A program made the position numbers and the translations under genes. The notes below the pieces were generated by a model. The model was not told the origin of the DNA. It did no database searches and was given only the letters and a program-made list of their open reading frames with translations. Positions 9,676-18,651 of a stretch of 50,595 nucleotides of DNA are shown here, in pieces (positions within the stretch are counted from its first letter, which is position 1; each line of letters opens with the position of its first letter). The stretch covers positions 1 through 50,595 of the forward strand of contig JAYTOU010000006.1 of NCBI GenBank assembly GCA_043747615.1, read 5' to 3'. Source of the stretch: Myxococcales bacterium. GTDB taxonomy: Bacteria; Myxococcota_A; Polyangia; Polyangiales; Polyangiaceae.

Positions 9676-10065
9676 ATGAAGCCTCTTACGAAGTTCGTGG
9701 CGTGCGCCGCACTGACCGTGGCGACCGCTCTCACGATCGCGCTCCCCGGCTGCTCCAAAGCTACATCCACGACAGACTCGATGGACGGGTCGATGGAAGC
9801 CAAGGATCCGGAGCCCTGCGACTTGAACGTCTTCTTCGACTCGGGTGGAAACGGCCACGCGTGCTACCCGGTGTCGACCATGGCGTGCTTCGCGCAGTGC
9901 ACGTCGGGCGGTTGCACGTGCCTCCGTAACCCCGCCGGCGGTGATCACGGCCTTTGGAAATGTGTGACCGACATCTCGTGCCTGCCCGACTCGGCTCCGT
10001 TCGACGACGGCGGCACGAGCAGCGATGCCGAGCTCGATGCGGGCGACGCCAGCGACGCGGGCTAG
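9676..10065 (+). CDS. Small Cys-rich lipoprotein
   Basis: Lipobox LPG-C, 8 further Cys, acidic DAG-rich tail. Confidence 0.75.
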   Translation: MKPLTKFVACAALTVATALTIALPGCSKATSTTDSMDGSMEAKDPEPCDLNVFFDSGGNGHACYPVSTMACFAQCTSGGCTCLRNPAGGDHGLWKCVTDISCLPDSAPFDDGGTSSDAELDAGDASDAG

Positions 10066-11093
10066 GTCACTCGAAGGTCCACCGGACCATCGAGCGGCGG
10101 GTGCTGCATTTTTCCGAGCGGGGAAACACGGGCGTGCGCGAGACCAAGCTCGTCCGCGCACGATGGATCCGAGATGCCCAAGGCGACGATCTTGGACGCG
10201 ACGGGGGCAAGCATCGGCCGTATCTCGAGGAGCGTCGCGGCGCAGACGATATGAACGTGACGACCGGGCGGTGGAATGGCGAGGCTCGAGGCTAGCCCGA
10301 CTGCGTGTGCTGCGCCCCGCAAGAGCGTTCCCGCGAAGGCTACCGCATCCGCGTAACGAACGGCCTCGGCGCGCTCGGCGGCGGAGACAATCCCCCTTGG
10401 AATCAATGCTTCCTGAGCAGTCAGTGCATGATGCACGCATTCGGCAAAGGCTCGTCCTCGAGACTCTTCGCCCACCACGAACACGACCCGGGGGCTGAGG
10501 CAGCCTCGCTGATCGAAGGCAGCGACGTCCTCGGCAAGAAGGCGCGCTGCGTCTTCCAGCGTGTCCTCGACGAGCACACAGGCGACACCCATGCCGGCGC
10601 CGTGGCCGCGCACGATGACCCCGGGGCGCGCGCTGGCGCGAACGGCGGCGATCGTCTCGTCGCGTCCGTAGACGTGGATTTCACCGCGCTCGAGGCTCGA
10701 CGCAAGCGAGGTCGTCAGCGTGATCGCAGGATCACCCGCCGCTTCGACGAGGGCCCGAGCGAACGCCGGCTCCCGCGAGGAGGGGGACACGCGCACGTCG
10801 ACGGATGCCGCGCGCGCGATGGCGATGGCTCTCAGCGCAGCGACGAAGACGTTGGCGGAGAGGACGACGTGGACCGCCTCTGCCTCCCCTGCACTCTTTA
10901 CGAGCGCGCCGAGCTCTTCGTCGCTGGCCGCGAGCTCCAGATGATGGGTGAGCGCCAACGACACGCCTTCGGGCGAGAGCCCCGTCGTTTGCACGAGCTC
11001 CGGAACCAATTTCGCACGGCCATCTACGACGGATCGTGCCGCGGCAAGGAGGCGGCGCACACTCCTCGTTCGCTCCTCCGGCGATCTCATCAT
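10062..11093 (-). CDS. LuxC-family acyl-CoA/acyl-protein reductase
   Basis: SANVF, VYGRDETI..V, GHGAG.G, DVAAFDQRGCLSP (catalytic Cys position), GKMQHPPL. ATG 11093 forms an ATGA overlap with the upstream stop. Confidence 0.82.
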   Translation of the reverse strand: MMRSPEERTRSVRRLLAAARSVVDGRAKLVPELVQTTGLSPEGVSLALTHHLELAASDEELGALVKSAGEAEAVHVVLSANVFVAALRAIAIARAASVDVRVSPSSREPAFARALVEAAGDPAITLTTSLASSLERGEIHVYGRDETIAAVRASARPGVIVRGHGAGMGVACVLVEDTLEDAARLLAEDVAAFDQRGCLSPRVVFVVGEESRGRAFAECVHHALTAQEALIPRGIVSAAERAEAVRYADAVAFAGTLLRGAAHAVGLASSLAIPPPGRHVHIVCAATLLEIRPMLAPVASKIVALGISDPSCADELGLAHARVSPLGKMQHPPLDGPVDLRVT

Positions 11094-12190
11094 GCACGTC
11101 CGAGGATTTCGTCCACAGCGATCGAGCATCCTCGGGGAGGCGCGCCCGGCAAGCGGCCGATGAGCTCGAAGCCTCCCTCGACGCGACGTACTTGATCGGC
11201 GGCGAGCACGGCGAACGCACTGTCGACGTTCAGCAGATCTTCGATACGCGCGATGCCGATTTCGCCCGCAGCCACGGGCTCGAGAGTCGCAGGATCGACC
11301 GGCACCACCCGGGCCCACGGAGGCTCCACGTAGACCGCCGCTTTTCCACCGCGGCCCGGAGCGTCGTAAAATTGGCTCGAGAGCTCGGTCATTCCGTACT
11401 CCGAGACGACGCTGTCTTGGTGGATCGAAAACGCAGCGGCGAGCTCGCTACGGAGAACGTTTGGGGCGACCTCCCGTGACTTTCCTTTGAAGCCGCCCGT
11501 CTGCATTACGCGACTGCCGGCCGGCAAGCGAAATCCTGCGTCGCCCACAGCGTCGAGGAGATGAACGAACGCAAAAGAGGTACCGAGGAGAAGAACCGAG
11601 CGACGTGCGACGAGCTCACGCGCGACACACTCGTCGAGGGCGGCAACGTCGATCACCGCATCCTCCATGAAGAACCGTCCGTCCCCGAGCTCTCGGGCAA
11701 AAAGCGAGAGCATGTGAGCGAGTGACGAGTCTGGCGCTTCGGTGGAAGACGGGCCGATCACCAGCACGGAGCCGCGCGCTTTTCCGCCATCAGGGAGGAG
11801 CCCCCAGCGGCCGAATGCGCGTGCGCCTGCGTCGTACGACGAAGTCGTGCGGAAATAGTGAGCGCCGCGTGCGCCGATGGTGGTGCCGCTCGTGCGGAAG
11901 ACGACGGGTGTCTCTTCAGGAGCGAAGACGCTCACGCGCGCGAGCTTGAAGGCCTCCGTCGGAACGGCAGGCGCATCGATTGCCAGACGTATGTCGCTCG
12001 CCCGTTTCCCGCGGGCGCGAAGAAGACGAGCATAGCCCTCGACGTGGCGCGCTTGAAAAGAAGCCAGATCGCACGCGAGCGCATCGAAGGGCTCGGGCAT
12101 GGGCAGGCCGCCTTCGAAGGCAGTCACGAACGCTCGGCCGCGGTGATGTAGAGACTCGCTCTCCTCCAGCTTGGCTTCGAGCGCTGACAT
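11090..12190 (-). CDS. LuxE-family acyl-protein synthetase
   Basis: P.VPTEAFK, FRTSGTT, TGGFKG, SEYGMTELSSQFY, C-terminal GR......RGCS (acylated Cys). Confidence 0.88.
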   Translation of the reverse strand: MSALEAKLEESESLHHRGRAFVTAFEGGLPMPEPFDALACDLASFQARHVEGYARLLRARGKRASDIRLAIDAPAVPTEAFKLARVSVFAPEETPVVFRTSGTTIGARGAHYFRTTSSYDAGARAFGRWGLLPDGGKARGSVLVIGPSSTEAPDSSLAHMLSLFARELGDGRFFMEDAVIDVAALDECVARELVARRSVLLLGTSFAFVHLLDAVGDAGFRLPAGSRVMQTGGFKGKSREVAPNVLRSELAAAFSIHQDSVVSEYGMTELSSQFYDAPGRGGKAAVYVEPPWARVVPVDPATLEPVAAGEIGIARIEDLLNVDSAFAVLAADQVRRVEGGFELIGRLPGAPPRGCSIAVDEILGRA

Positions 12191-12194
12191 CGGA

Positions 12195-13559
12195 TTAGAC
12201 GAGGATCTCGGCGAGCGCGGTCGTGAATGCGCCAAGGAGCTCGGCTGCGACGGTGAGCGGAGGAGTAAGGGTGAGCACGTCTCCGCCAACCCCGCCGGTG
12301 AGGACGATGTAGCCACGTGCGAGGAGACGCCGTGCGACCTTCTGCGTGCGCGAACTGCCGCCTTCGAGCGCGACGCCGACCATGAGGCCGCGACCACGGA
12401 CATCGCGCACCCCGCGATCCCTCGTCTTTACTCGCAGATCGTCACGCCATTTTTCCCCGAGATCGGCCGCTCGACGAGCGAGCGTTCCGTCGGCGAGAGC
12501 ATCGAGGACGGCGCAAGCTGCAGCGCACGCGAGTGGAGATCCGAAATGAGTCGCGGTGTGAATGGCCGACCCACCCCGAGCGCCCCAGCCCTCCATGGCT
12601 GACGCGCGGCCAATGCATGCCGAGATCGGAAATCCGCCACCCAGTCCCTTTCCGAGACACAAGAAATCCGGAAGCACGTTGGCGTCGGTCGTGGCGAGCA
12701 CGCTCCCGGAGCGACCAAGCCCCGTCCAGATCTCGTCGGCGATGAGGAGCACACCCTGCTCGTCGCACGCGGCGCGCACGTCGGTGAGAAAACGGACCGG
12801 CGGCACGACGCATCCGCCGCGGCCGAGAATGGGCTCGAGCAAGACGGCCCCCACGTTGCCCTCGGCGAGGACCGCGCGAAGCTGGGATCGGGTCCTCACG
12901 CCGGCCGACTCGGAGTCGGGATAGGGAAGGAACCGCACGTGCTGTCCGAGCTGGTCGGCGAAGGGGGCGCGAAAGTCTTCGCTGTAGCCGCACGCGGCGA
13001 GCGGGCCATGACTGAGCCCGTGGTAACCACCTTCGAAGGCCACGAGGCCCGCACGGCCCGTCGCAAGAACCGCCGATTTCAGAGCGGCCGTGACTGCGTC
13101 CGACCCGGAGAGGCCGAGCATCACGCGTGCGCCGCGCTCGGGAAAAAGAGCCACCAAACGCTCGAGGAGGCGCAGCTTTGCGTCGGAGCCGTACACGTCA
13201 CCCAGGGCGAGCCACAGCGACTTGCCTTGCGCTTCGACCGCCGCGGCTACGTCCTTCGGCTGATGCCCGAGGAGGAGCGCGCCGAAGCCGGCGACGAGAT
13301 CGACGTAGCGATTTCCGTCGACGTCGACGACGTTCGAGCCCTCGCCGGAGGCATACACAATGGCTGCTTGGTCGGCACCGCTAGCCGACTCACGCGCGTC
13401 ACGCCGCGCATCGAACGCGGGGCACTCGACCGCTGCCAACTGCGCGGCCATCTCACGCGAACGCGGTCCGGGAACGGGCGTGATGATCGACGGTAGATCC
13501 TGTCCGGCGCCCGAGCGCGCGGGATCCAGCTCAGGAGACGACTTTGTTTCGGCCGCCAC
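12195..13559 (-). CDS. Class III PLP-dependent aminotransferase
   Basis: DVDGNRYVDL.AGFG...LGH, SGSDAV, FEGGYHG, EPILGRGG, ADEIWTGLGRSG, LGKGLGGG, H.ATHFG.P, RGRGLM.GV. Confidence 0.93.
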   Translation of the reverse strand: MAAETKSSPELDPARSGAGQDLPSIITPVPGPRSREMAAQLAAVECPAFDARRDARESASGADQAAIVYASGEGSNVVDVDGNRYVDLVAGFGALLLGHQPKDVAAAVEAQGKSLWLALGDVYGSDAKLRLLERLVALFPERGARVMLGLSGSDAVTAALKSAVLATGRAGLVAFEGGYHGLSHGPLAACGYSEDFRAPFADQLGQHVRFLPYPDSESAGVRTRSQLRAVLAEGNVGAVLLEPILGRGGCVVPPVRFLTDVRAACDEQGVLLIADEIWTGLGRSGSVLATTDANVLPDFLCLGKGLGGGFPISACIGRASAMEGWGARGGSAIHTATHFGSPLACAAACAVLDALADGTLARRAADLGEKWRDDLRVKTRDRGVRDVRGRGLMVGVALEGGSSRTQKVARRLLARGYIVLTGGVGGDVLTLTPPLTVAAELLGAFTTALAEILV

Positions 13560-14430
13560 GCTTGGCCTCGTAAAGCTTTTCGTCCGCGCTCTTGATCAGG
13601 TCTTGGCTCGTCTTGTCGCCTTCGGCAAGCTGCGACACGCCGATCGAGATCGTCACTTTGATGGTCTCGTTCTGGAAGACGAAGCTCGACGCTTCGACCT
13701 TCTCGCGGATCCCCTCGGCGAGCGCGCGCGCACCTTCGAGCTGGGTCTCGGGGAGAATCAGGGCGAACTCTTCGCCGCCGTAGCGCGCGAAAACCTCGTC
13801 GCGGCGGATCCGCGATTGCACCAAGCGGGCGAGCTCTTTCAACACGAAATCGCCTGCCAAATGGCCGTGAAAATCGTTGATCTTCTTGAAGTGGTCGATG
13901 TCGAACATGATGAACGACAGCTCACGCGCGTGACGGCGGGCCCGAATGATCTCCTTCTCGAGAGCCTCGAGCAGGTAGCGCTTCACGTGCGCCTGGGTGA
14001 GACCATCGATGATCGTCATCCGATAAATTTCTTCGTGGTACTGAGCCTCGACGTCCTGGCCGGAGAGGTACTTGAAGATGGTGGGACCGACCTTGATGCG
14101 ATCGCCGTTGGTGAGGTTGAGCGCGCTCGCGATCTGATCGTCGTTCACGTACGTGCCGTTCGTCGAGCCGTCGTCGACCACGGACCAGGCCTGCCCGCGC
14201 TGCTCGAAATGGGCGTGGCGACGCGAGACCGAGTCACCCTCGAGGACGATCTGACTTTCGGCTCCGCGCCCCACGCGAAACGGGCTTACGTCGAGAACGA
14301 AACGCTTGCCGAGGAGCGTCGGCTCCTTGGTGTAAATCACGACGAGGCAATCCCCACCTTTTGGACGATCGTCGTCCAAAGGCTTCTGCACGATCGTTGT
14401 GACGCGTGTTTTCTCGTCCGTATCCGTCAC
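13531..14430 (-). CDS. FHA-GGDEF diguanylate cyclase (DgcB-like architecture)
   Basis: FHA (VGRG, VSRRHA, GSTNGTYVN), DGLT, DIDHFKKIND.HGH.AGD, ARYGGEEF, AD..LY.AK..GRN. GTG 14430 forms a GTGA overlap with the lpxK stop. Confidence 0.95.
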   Translation of the reverse strand: MTDTDEKTRVTTIVQKPLDDDRPKGGDCLVVIYTKEPTLLGKRFVLDVSPFRVGRGAESQIVLEGDSVSRRHAHFEQRGQAWSVVDDGSTNGTYVNDDQIASALNLTNGDRIKVGPTIFKYLSGQDVEAQYHEEIYRMTIIDGLTQAHVKRYLLEALEKEIIRARRHARELSFIMFDIDHFKKINDFHGHLAGDFVLKELARLVQSRIRRDEVFARYGGEEFALILPETQLEGARALAEGIREKVEASSFVFQNETIKVTISIGVSQLAEGDKTSQDLIKSADEKLYEAKRGGRNKVVS

Positions 14431-15467
14431 GGTCCCCAAGGTGTCGGCTCGAACCCGAGCGCGCAGGGTACAGCTTCGCTGTTGTCGAGCCTATGGCCGC
14501 TCGTCTGGCTGGTCAAGGCAGTGACCACGTCGCGTGCGAAGGGCGGGCTGGCGAGTGCCGCGTAATCCAGCGAGAAAACCAGGGGTCCGAGCGATCTCGG
14601 GAGGTGCTTGGCGCATTTCTCCGTGGCGACCCAGGCGTCGAGGCCCCTCCCAGCCTCGCGCATGGCCTGGGCGCAAACCGCGCGGTGATCCCCGGCAGAC
14701 AGGACGACCTCAGGCACGACGCCTCTGCGCCCAAGCCAGGCGGAGACACGGCCCGGGCGAGCGAGCGATGTCACCAACCCGAGACGCAAACCCGATAGTT
14801 CGGGGTAGCCAACGTAGCGCGTGCCGTCCCAGGCCCCGCGGCTCTTCATGATGACGTCGCAGTCGGGGTCGTCGCCGATCACCACCGTGCGATCGCACTC
14901 TGCGAGAAGCGCGCTTCGTGGAGCTCGAAGATCCCCGCAAGGAGGACACGCGCCTGCGCCCCACGGGTGGGGAATCTGAAGCGCAAGCAGCGCGAGATCG
15001 ACGCGCCGGGGCGATGCTTGAGCAACGCCGTCGAGAACGATCACCTCGGCGCCGCACGACACGGCGTGGTCGAGCGCGGATTGGCGCGTCGGGCCGACGA
15101 CGACCATCGCCTTCCCGAAAAGGCGCCGAGCGCAGATGAGAGCTTCGTCGCCAACGCAGGCCAGCTCGTCATCGGGACGAACGATTCGCGGCTGCCCCGG
15201 GGATGCACGAAAAGCGTGCCCGACGAGAGCGACGTTCGCGCCGGTCGTAGCGGCGAGCTCCGCGCAGAGGAGCGATAGGGGCGTTTTTCCGGAACCGCCG
15301 AGGGTTGCCCCGCCTACGGCGATCGTGCGGACGCAAGGCGGAAGGACGAGCGGACGCGCCACCCGCGTTGCCGAGAAGCTCTGCCAGATCCGCTCGGCGG
15401 CGCGCCCGACAGGCCCGTCGAAGCTCCCCCGCTCGAGCCGTCGCGCAGCGCTAGCCACCCATTCCAC
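14427..15467 (-). CDS. lpxK: Tetraacyldisaccharide 4'-kinase (LpxK)-like protein, divergent
   Basis: GG.TLGGSGKTP, VGDEA, IVLDG..Q, P.GDLRAP, GDH, ATEKC. Several motifs deviate from canonical LpxK. Confidence 0.75.
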   Translation of the reverse strand: MEWVASAARRLERGSFDGPVGRAAERIWQSFSATRVARPLVLPPCVRTIAVGGATLGGSGKTPLSLLCAELAATTGANVALVGHAFRASPGQPRIVRPDDELACVGDEALICARRLFGKAMVVVGPTRQSALDHAVSCGAEVIVLDGVAQASPRRVDLALLALQIPHPWGAGACPPCGDLRAPRSALLAECDRTVVIGDDPDCDVIMKSRGAWDGTRYVGYPELSGLRLGLVTSLARPGRVSAWLGRRGVVPEVVLSAGDHRAVCAQAMREAGRGLDAWVATEKCAKHLPRSLGPLVFSLDYAALASPPFARDVVTALTSQTSGHRLDNSEAVPCALGFEPTPWGP

Positions 15468-15479
15468 GACACGAGGTGT

Positions 15480-15489
15480 ACCCTAGGAT
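15480..15489. promoter_or_regulatory. Putative bidirectional -10 pair
   Basis: TAGGAT (+, 15484-15489) and TAGGGT (-, 15480-15485) share a central TA. Each lies 12 nt from its start codon. Confidence 0.5.
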
Positions 15490-15501
15490 GGCGGCGAAGC
15501 G

Positions 15502-16173
15502 ATGAGCGACTTGAGAGTAGCGAGCGCCGATGAATTTTTCGAAGCGATCGCGCGACGGTACGATCGCGAGTACGCGCGGCAATCCTCGAAGGTCGATCTC
15601 GAGAAGCTCGCCCAGCGCCTTCCGCCGTCCGCCCGCGTGCTTGATCTGGGCGTGGGGACGGGCCGCGAGCTCACCGCGCTGCTCGACCAAGGTCACGAGG
15701 TGGTCGGCTTGGACGTGTCGCCCACCATGCTCGAAATTTGTGCACGGCGCGCGCGCCCCATTTCGACAGTGTGCGCGGATCTGTGGCAACCGCTCCCCTT
15801 CGCCGATGCGGAGTTCGACGTGGTCCTCGCGCTCCACGGAACGCTCGCTCACCCGCCCACCGAAGGCCACGTCCGCACCCTGGGTCACGAGCTTGCTCGG
15901 GTCTTGCGGAAGCGCGGCATGGTGATGCTCGAAGTGCCTTCCGAGGGGTGGCTCACTGCGCTCGCGAGCTCGCCGTCCAGCGAGGTATTTCGCGCCACAC
16001 GTACCGCCGCCAATCGCTGCGTGCACGAAGACCGTAAGGCGGGGCTGGCGATCGAAGCAACGATCCTCTCGGTCGAGCGGTGGACCGATCTCTTGCGCGA
16101 TGACTTCTCGGTGAGCTTCGAAACGGTCTCCGACACGGAGCGGCTCGTCGTCGGACGCCTGCTAGGGTGCTGA
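15502..16173 (+). CDS. Class I SAM-dependent methyltransferase
   Basis: VLDLGVGTG, VVGLDVSPTML, ADL...LPFADAEFDVV, ELARVLR..G. Confidence 0.9.
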   Translation: MSDLRVASADEFFEAIARRYDREYARQSSKVDLEKLAQRLPPSARVLDLGVGTGRELTALLDQGHEVVGLDVSPTMLEICARRARPISTVCADLWQPLPFADAEFDVVLALHGTLAHPPTEGHVRTLGHELARVLRKRGMVMLEVPSEGWLTALASSPSSEVFRATRTAANRCVHEDRKAGLAIEATILSVERWTDLLRDDFSVSFETVSDTERLVVGRLLGC

Positions 16174-16210
16174 CCTCGTGCGCGCTTCCACAACCAAAGC
16201 GGTGATCTCC

Positions 16211-17270
16211 GTGCGTCGCGCTTCTTTTCTGTCCGCGCTTCTCCTCGCAGGCCTCTCGTCCGCGCCTGCGCTCGCCAATGGCCGCTTTCCGAAGGCCAAT
16301 CAGCTGGTCATCGCCCCCTGTGCGCCGGACACGATGACGCTGCGAACGACGTTTGGAATTCTCTTCTCGTCGGACCGCGCCGCGAGCTGGGACTGGGTCT
16401 GCGAGACAGCAGTCGGTTATCCGGCCAACACCAACGAAGATCCGTCGATCGCACTCACCGCAAACAAGACCGCGATCATGGGACTCTATGAAGGAATCTC
16501 GGTGTCACCGGATACGGGATGCGCTTGGAAGCACATCGGTGGCGCGCTCGACAAAGAGGTGGTCGTCGACATCGTCCTTCGACCGGACGCGCCTCACACC
16601 GTCTTCGGCCTGACCTCCACCTACGTGACGGCCAATGATGCCGGCGCCGCCATCTACGAGGCCCGTCTTTTCGAGACCACCGACGACGGCGCGAATTGGG
16701 CTCCGGTCGGCGTGCCGATCGATCCCAGCGTGCTCAGCGAAACGGTCGAAGTGGCCAAGAGCAATCCGCATCGCTTTTACATCTCCGCGGTGAAGGGCGC
16801 CGGGGCGACGGCAACGGGCCTCCTCTACGTGTCGGACAACGACGGCGCAAGCTGGGCGGAGCACCAAGTCCCCCTCGATCTCAAGAACGAGCGCGCACCG
16901 TTCATTGCTGCGGTCGACCCGGCGAACGCCGATCGCATCTACGTGCGGACCGGCGGAGGTTCGATGAGCAGCCGGCTCCTCGTGAGCGACGACGCCGGAA
17001 TCACGTTTCGTGCAGTATACACGGGCATGCCGATGCTCGGCTTTGCCCTGTCGCCGGACGGCTCGACGGTTTTCCTTGGGGGCGGGGATGGCCTCTTCAT
17101 GCGGCGCCGAGGCGACGGACGCCGGCAGCGACGCGGGACCCGGAGTCGTTCCTCCAGCGGGCGGAAAAAGCTGCGGGTGCGCGCTCGCTGGCCTTCCCTC
17201 CGAAGCGTGGGGCGGTGCGCTCTTCCTCGGCCTCGCGGCCGTTGCCCGCTCGCGCACGCGTAGACGCTAA
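16211..17270 (+). pseudogene. Secreted BNR/Asp-box beta-propeller protein with MYXO-CTERM tail, frame broken near 17080-17100
   Basis: Signal peptide then NGRFP. Asp-boxes SSDRAASW, SPDTGCAW, TDDGANW, SDNDGASW, SDDAGITF. The +1 frame from 17100 reads DAGSDAG..GGKSCGCA..GGALFLGLAAVARSRTRRR then stop. Confidence 0.75.
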
Positions 17271-18640
17271 ACTTCGAAGTCGGCTTTCTCGAGGAGCTCG
17301 GTAACCCGCCACAAGAAAGAATTGGCGGCGACGCCGTCGACGATGCGGTGGTCGTAGCTGAGGGCCATGTACATCACCGGATGGATCGCCATGTGATCCT
17401 CGCCGCTTGGTCCTTCGACGACCACCACGCGCTTTTGGATCTCGCCCATCCGGAGGATTCCCACGTTCGGCTGATTGATGATCGCGCCGCCAAAGAGGTT
17501 GCCCTTGATGCCCGGGTTGGTGATTGAAAACGTGGCGCCGCTGAGATCGTCCGCCGTGATCTTCCCGCTGCGCGCGCGCTTCGCCACGTCGTCGACGGCG
17601 CGGACGATGCCGCGAACACCAAGCTCGTCGGCGCGGCGCACGACCGGGACGACCAGGCCGTCCGGAGAATCGACCGCCACTCCGATGTTCACGTCCTTGA
17701 AGAGGACGTACGCGTCGTCGAGGACACGCGCATTGACGGACGGCGTCTCGCGGATGGCACGAGCGGCGGCGACCACCACGAAGGCGAGCATCGTGAGGGC
17801 GAGCCCCTCCTTCTTGTAACGATCCTTGTTCGCCTCGCGGAGCTGGGCCGCCTTGTGGAGATCGACCTCCGCCACCGTCACCACGTGGGGAGAAGCGAAC
17901 TTCGAGTACGTCATGTGATCGGCGGTGATGCGCCGGCGACGTGTGAACGGAACGACCTTGTCGCCTTCGACTGGCCGGTACGCAGGAACCTTGAACGAGC
18001 CGTAGCCAACCCCGGGAATCGGCGGAGTGAAACCGCCTCCCTGGTTGATGAACTGGGAGAGCACCTGGGGAGCGCGCGGAAGCGACTCACGCATGTCGCG
18101 CGGGGGCTCGGTGTGAGGGGGGACGTAGCTGGGTGCGTCGATTGCTTTGGTGCGCATGACGTCGTCGCGGGTGACGCGGCCTCGATCCCCGGAGCCTCGC
18201 ACGTCGTTGATGTTCACTTCGTTCTCGAGGGCCGCTTTGCGGGCGGTGGGTGTGGCGAGCGAGCCTCCTGCGGCACTGCGCGACGGAGCGTCACTCTGGT
18301 TCTCGGCGTTGACCTGCGTCGTGACCCGCGGGGCGGTAGAAGCGGCGGCAGGCGCACCGATGTTCGTGCCCGCGCTGTTGCCCGCGCTGTTGCCCGCACT
18401 GGCGCCCTCTTCGACCTGGCAGAGAACGGTCTTCACCGGAAGGACGTCCCCCTCTTTGGCGAGGAGCTTCGCGACCCGCCCGGATGTGGGCGAGGGAAGA
18501 TCGCTGTCCGCTTTGTCCGTCCCGATCGACACGAGCGGCTGATCTTTGGTGACCACATCGCCCTCGCGAACGAGCCACTTGGTGATGGTTCCCTCGGACA
18601 CGCTCTCGCCGAGTTGAGGCATGGTGACGTCGATGAGCAT
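17267..18640 (-). CDS. 2-oxoacid dehydrogenase E2, dihydrolipoamide acyltransferase (SucB-like)
   Basis: Lipoyl domain MPQLGESVSEGTI..TDKA, PSBD ATPTARKAA..GSG.RGRVTRDDV, catalytic SYDHRIVDG. Confidence 0.95.
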   Translation of the reverse strand: MLIDVTMPQLGESVSEGTITKWLVREGDVVTKDQPLVSIGTDKADSDLPSPTSGRVAKLLAKEGDVLPVKTVLCQVEEGASAGNSAGNSAGTNIGAPAAASTAPRVTTQVNAENQSDAPSRSAAGGSLATPTARKAALENEVNINDVRGSGDRGRVTRDDVMRTKAIDAPSYVPPHTEPPRDMRESLPRAPQVLSQFINQGGGFTPPIPGVGYGSFKVPAYRPVEGDKVVPFTRRRRITADHMTYSKFASPHVVTVAEVDLHKAAQLREANKDRYKKEGLALTMLAFVVVAAARAIRETPSVNARVLDDAYVLFKDVNIGVAVDSPDGLVVPVVRRADELGVRGIVRAVDDVAKRARSGKITADDLSGATFSITNPGIKGNLFGGAIINQPNVGILRMGEIQKRVVVVEGPSGEDHMAIHPVMYMALSYDHRIVDGVAANSFLWRVTELLEKADFEV

Positions 18641-18651
18641 TGCGCGCTTTT

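Noticed and set aside
10062..12190. Bioluminescence (lux) operon
   Set aside because: Only luxC- and luxE-like genes are present. No luxA, luxB, luxD or luxG is in the window.
18368..18397. 12-bp repeat encoding SAGN in the E2 linker
   Set aside because: Ordinary low-complexity linker duplication.
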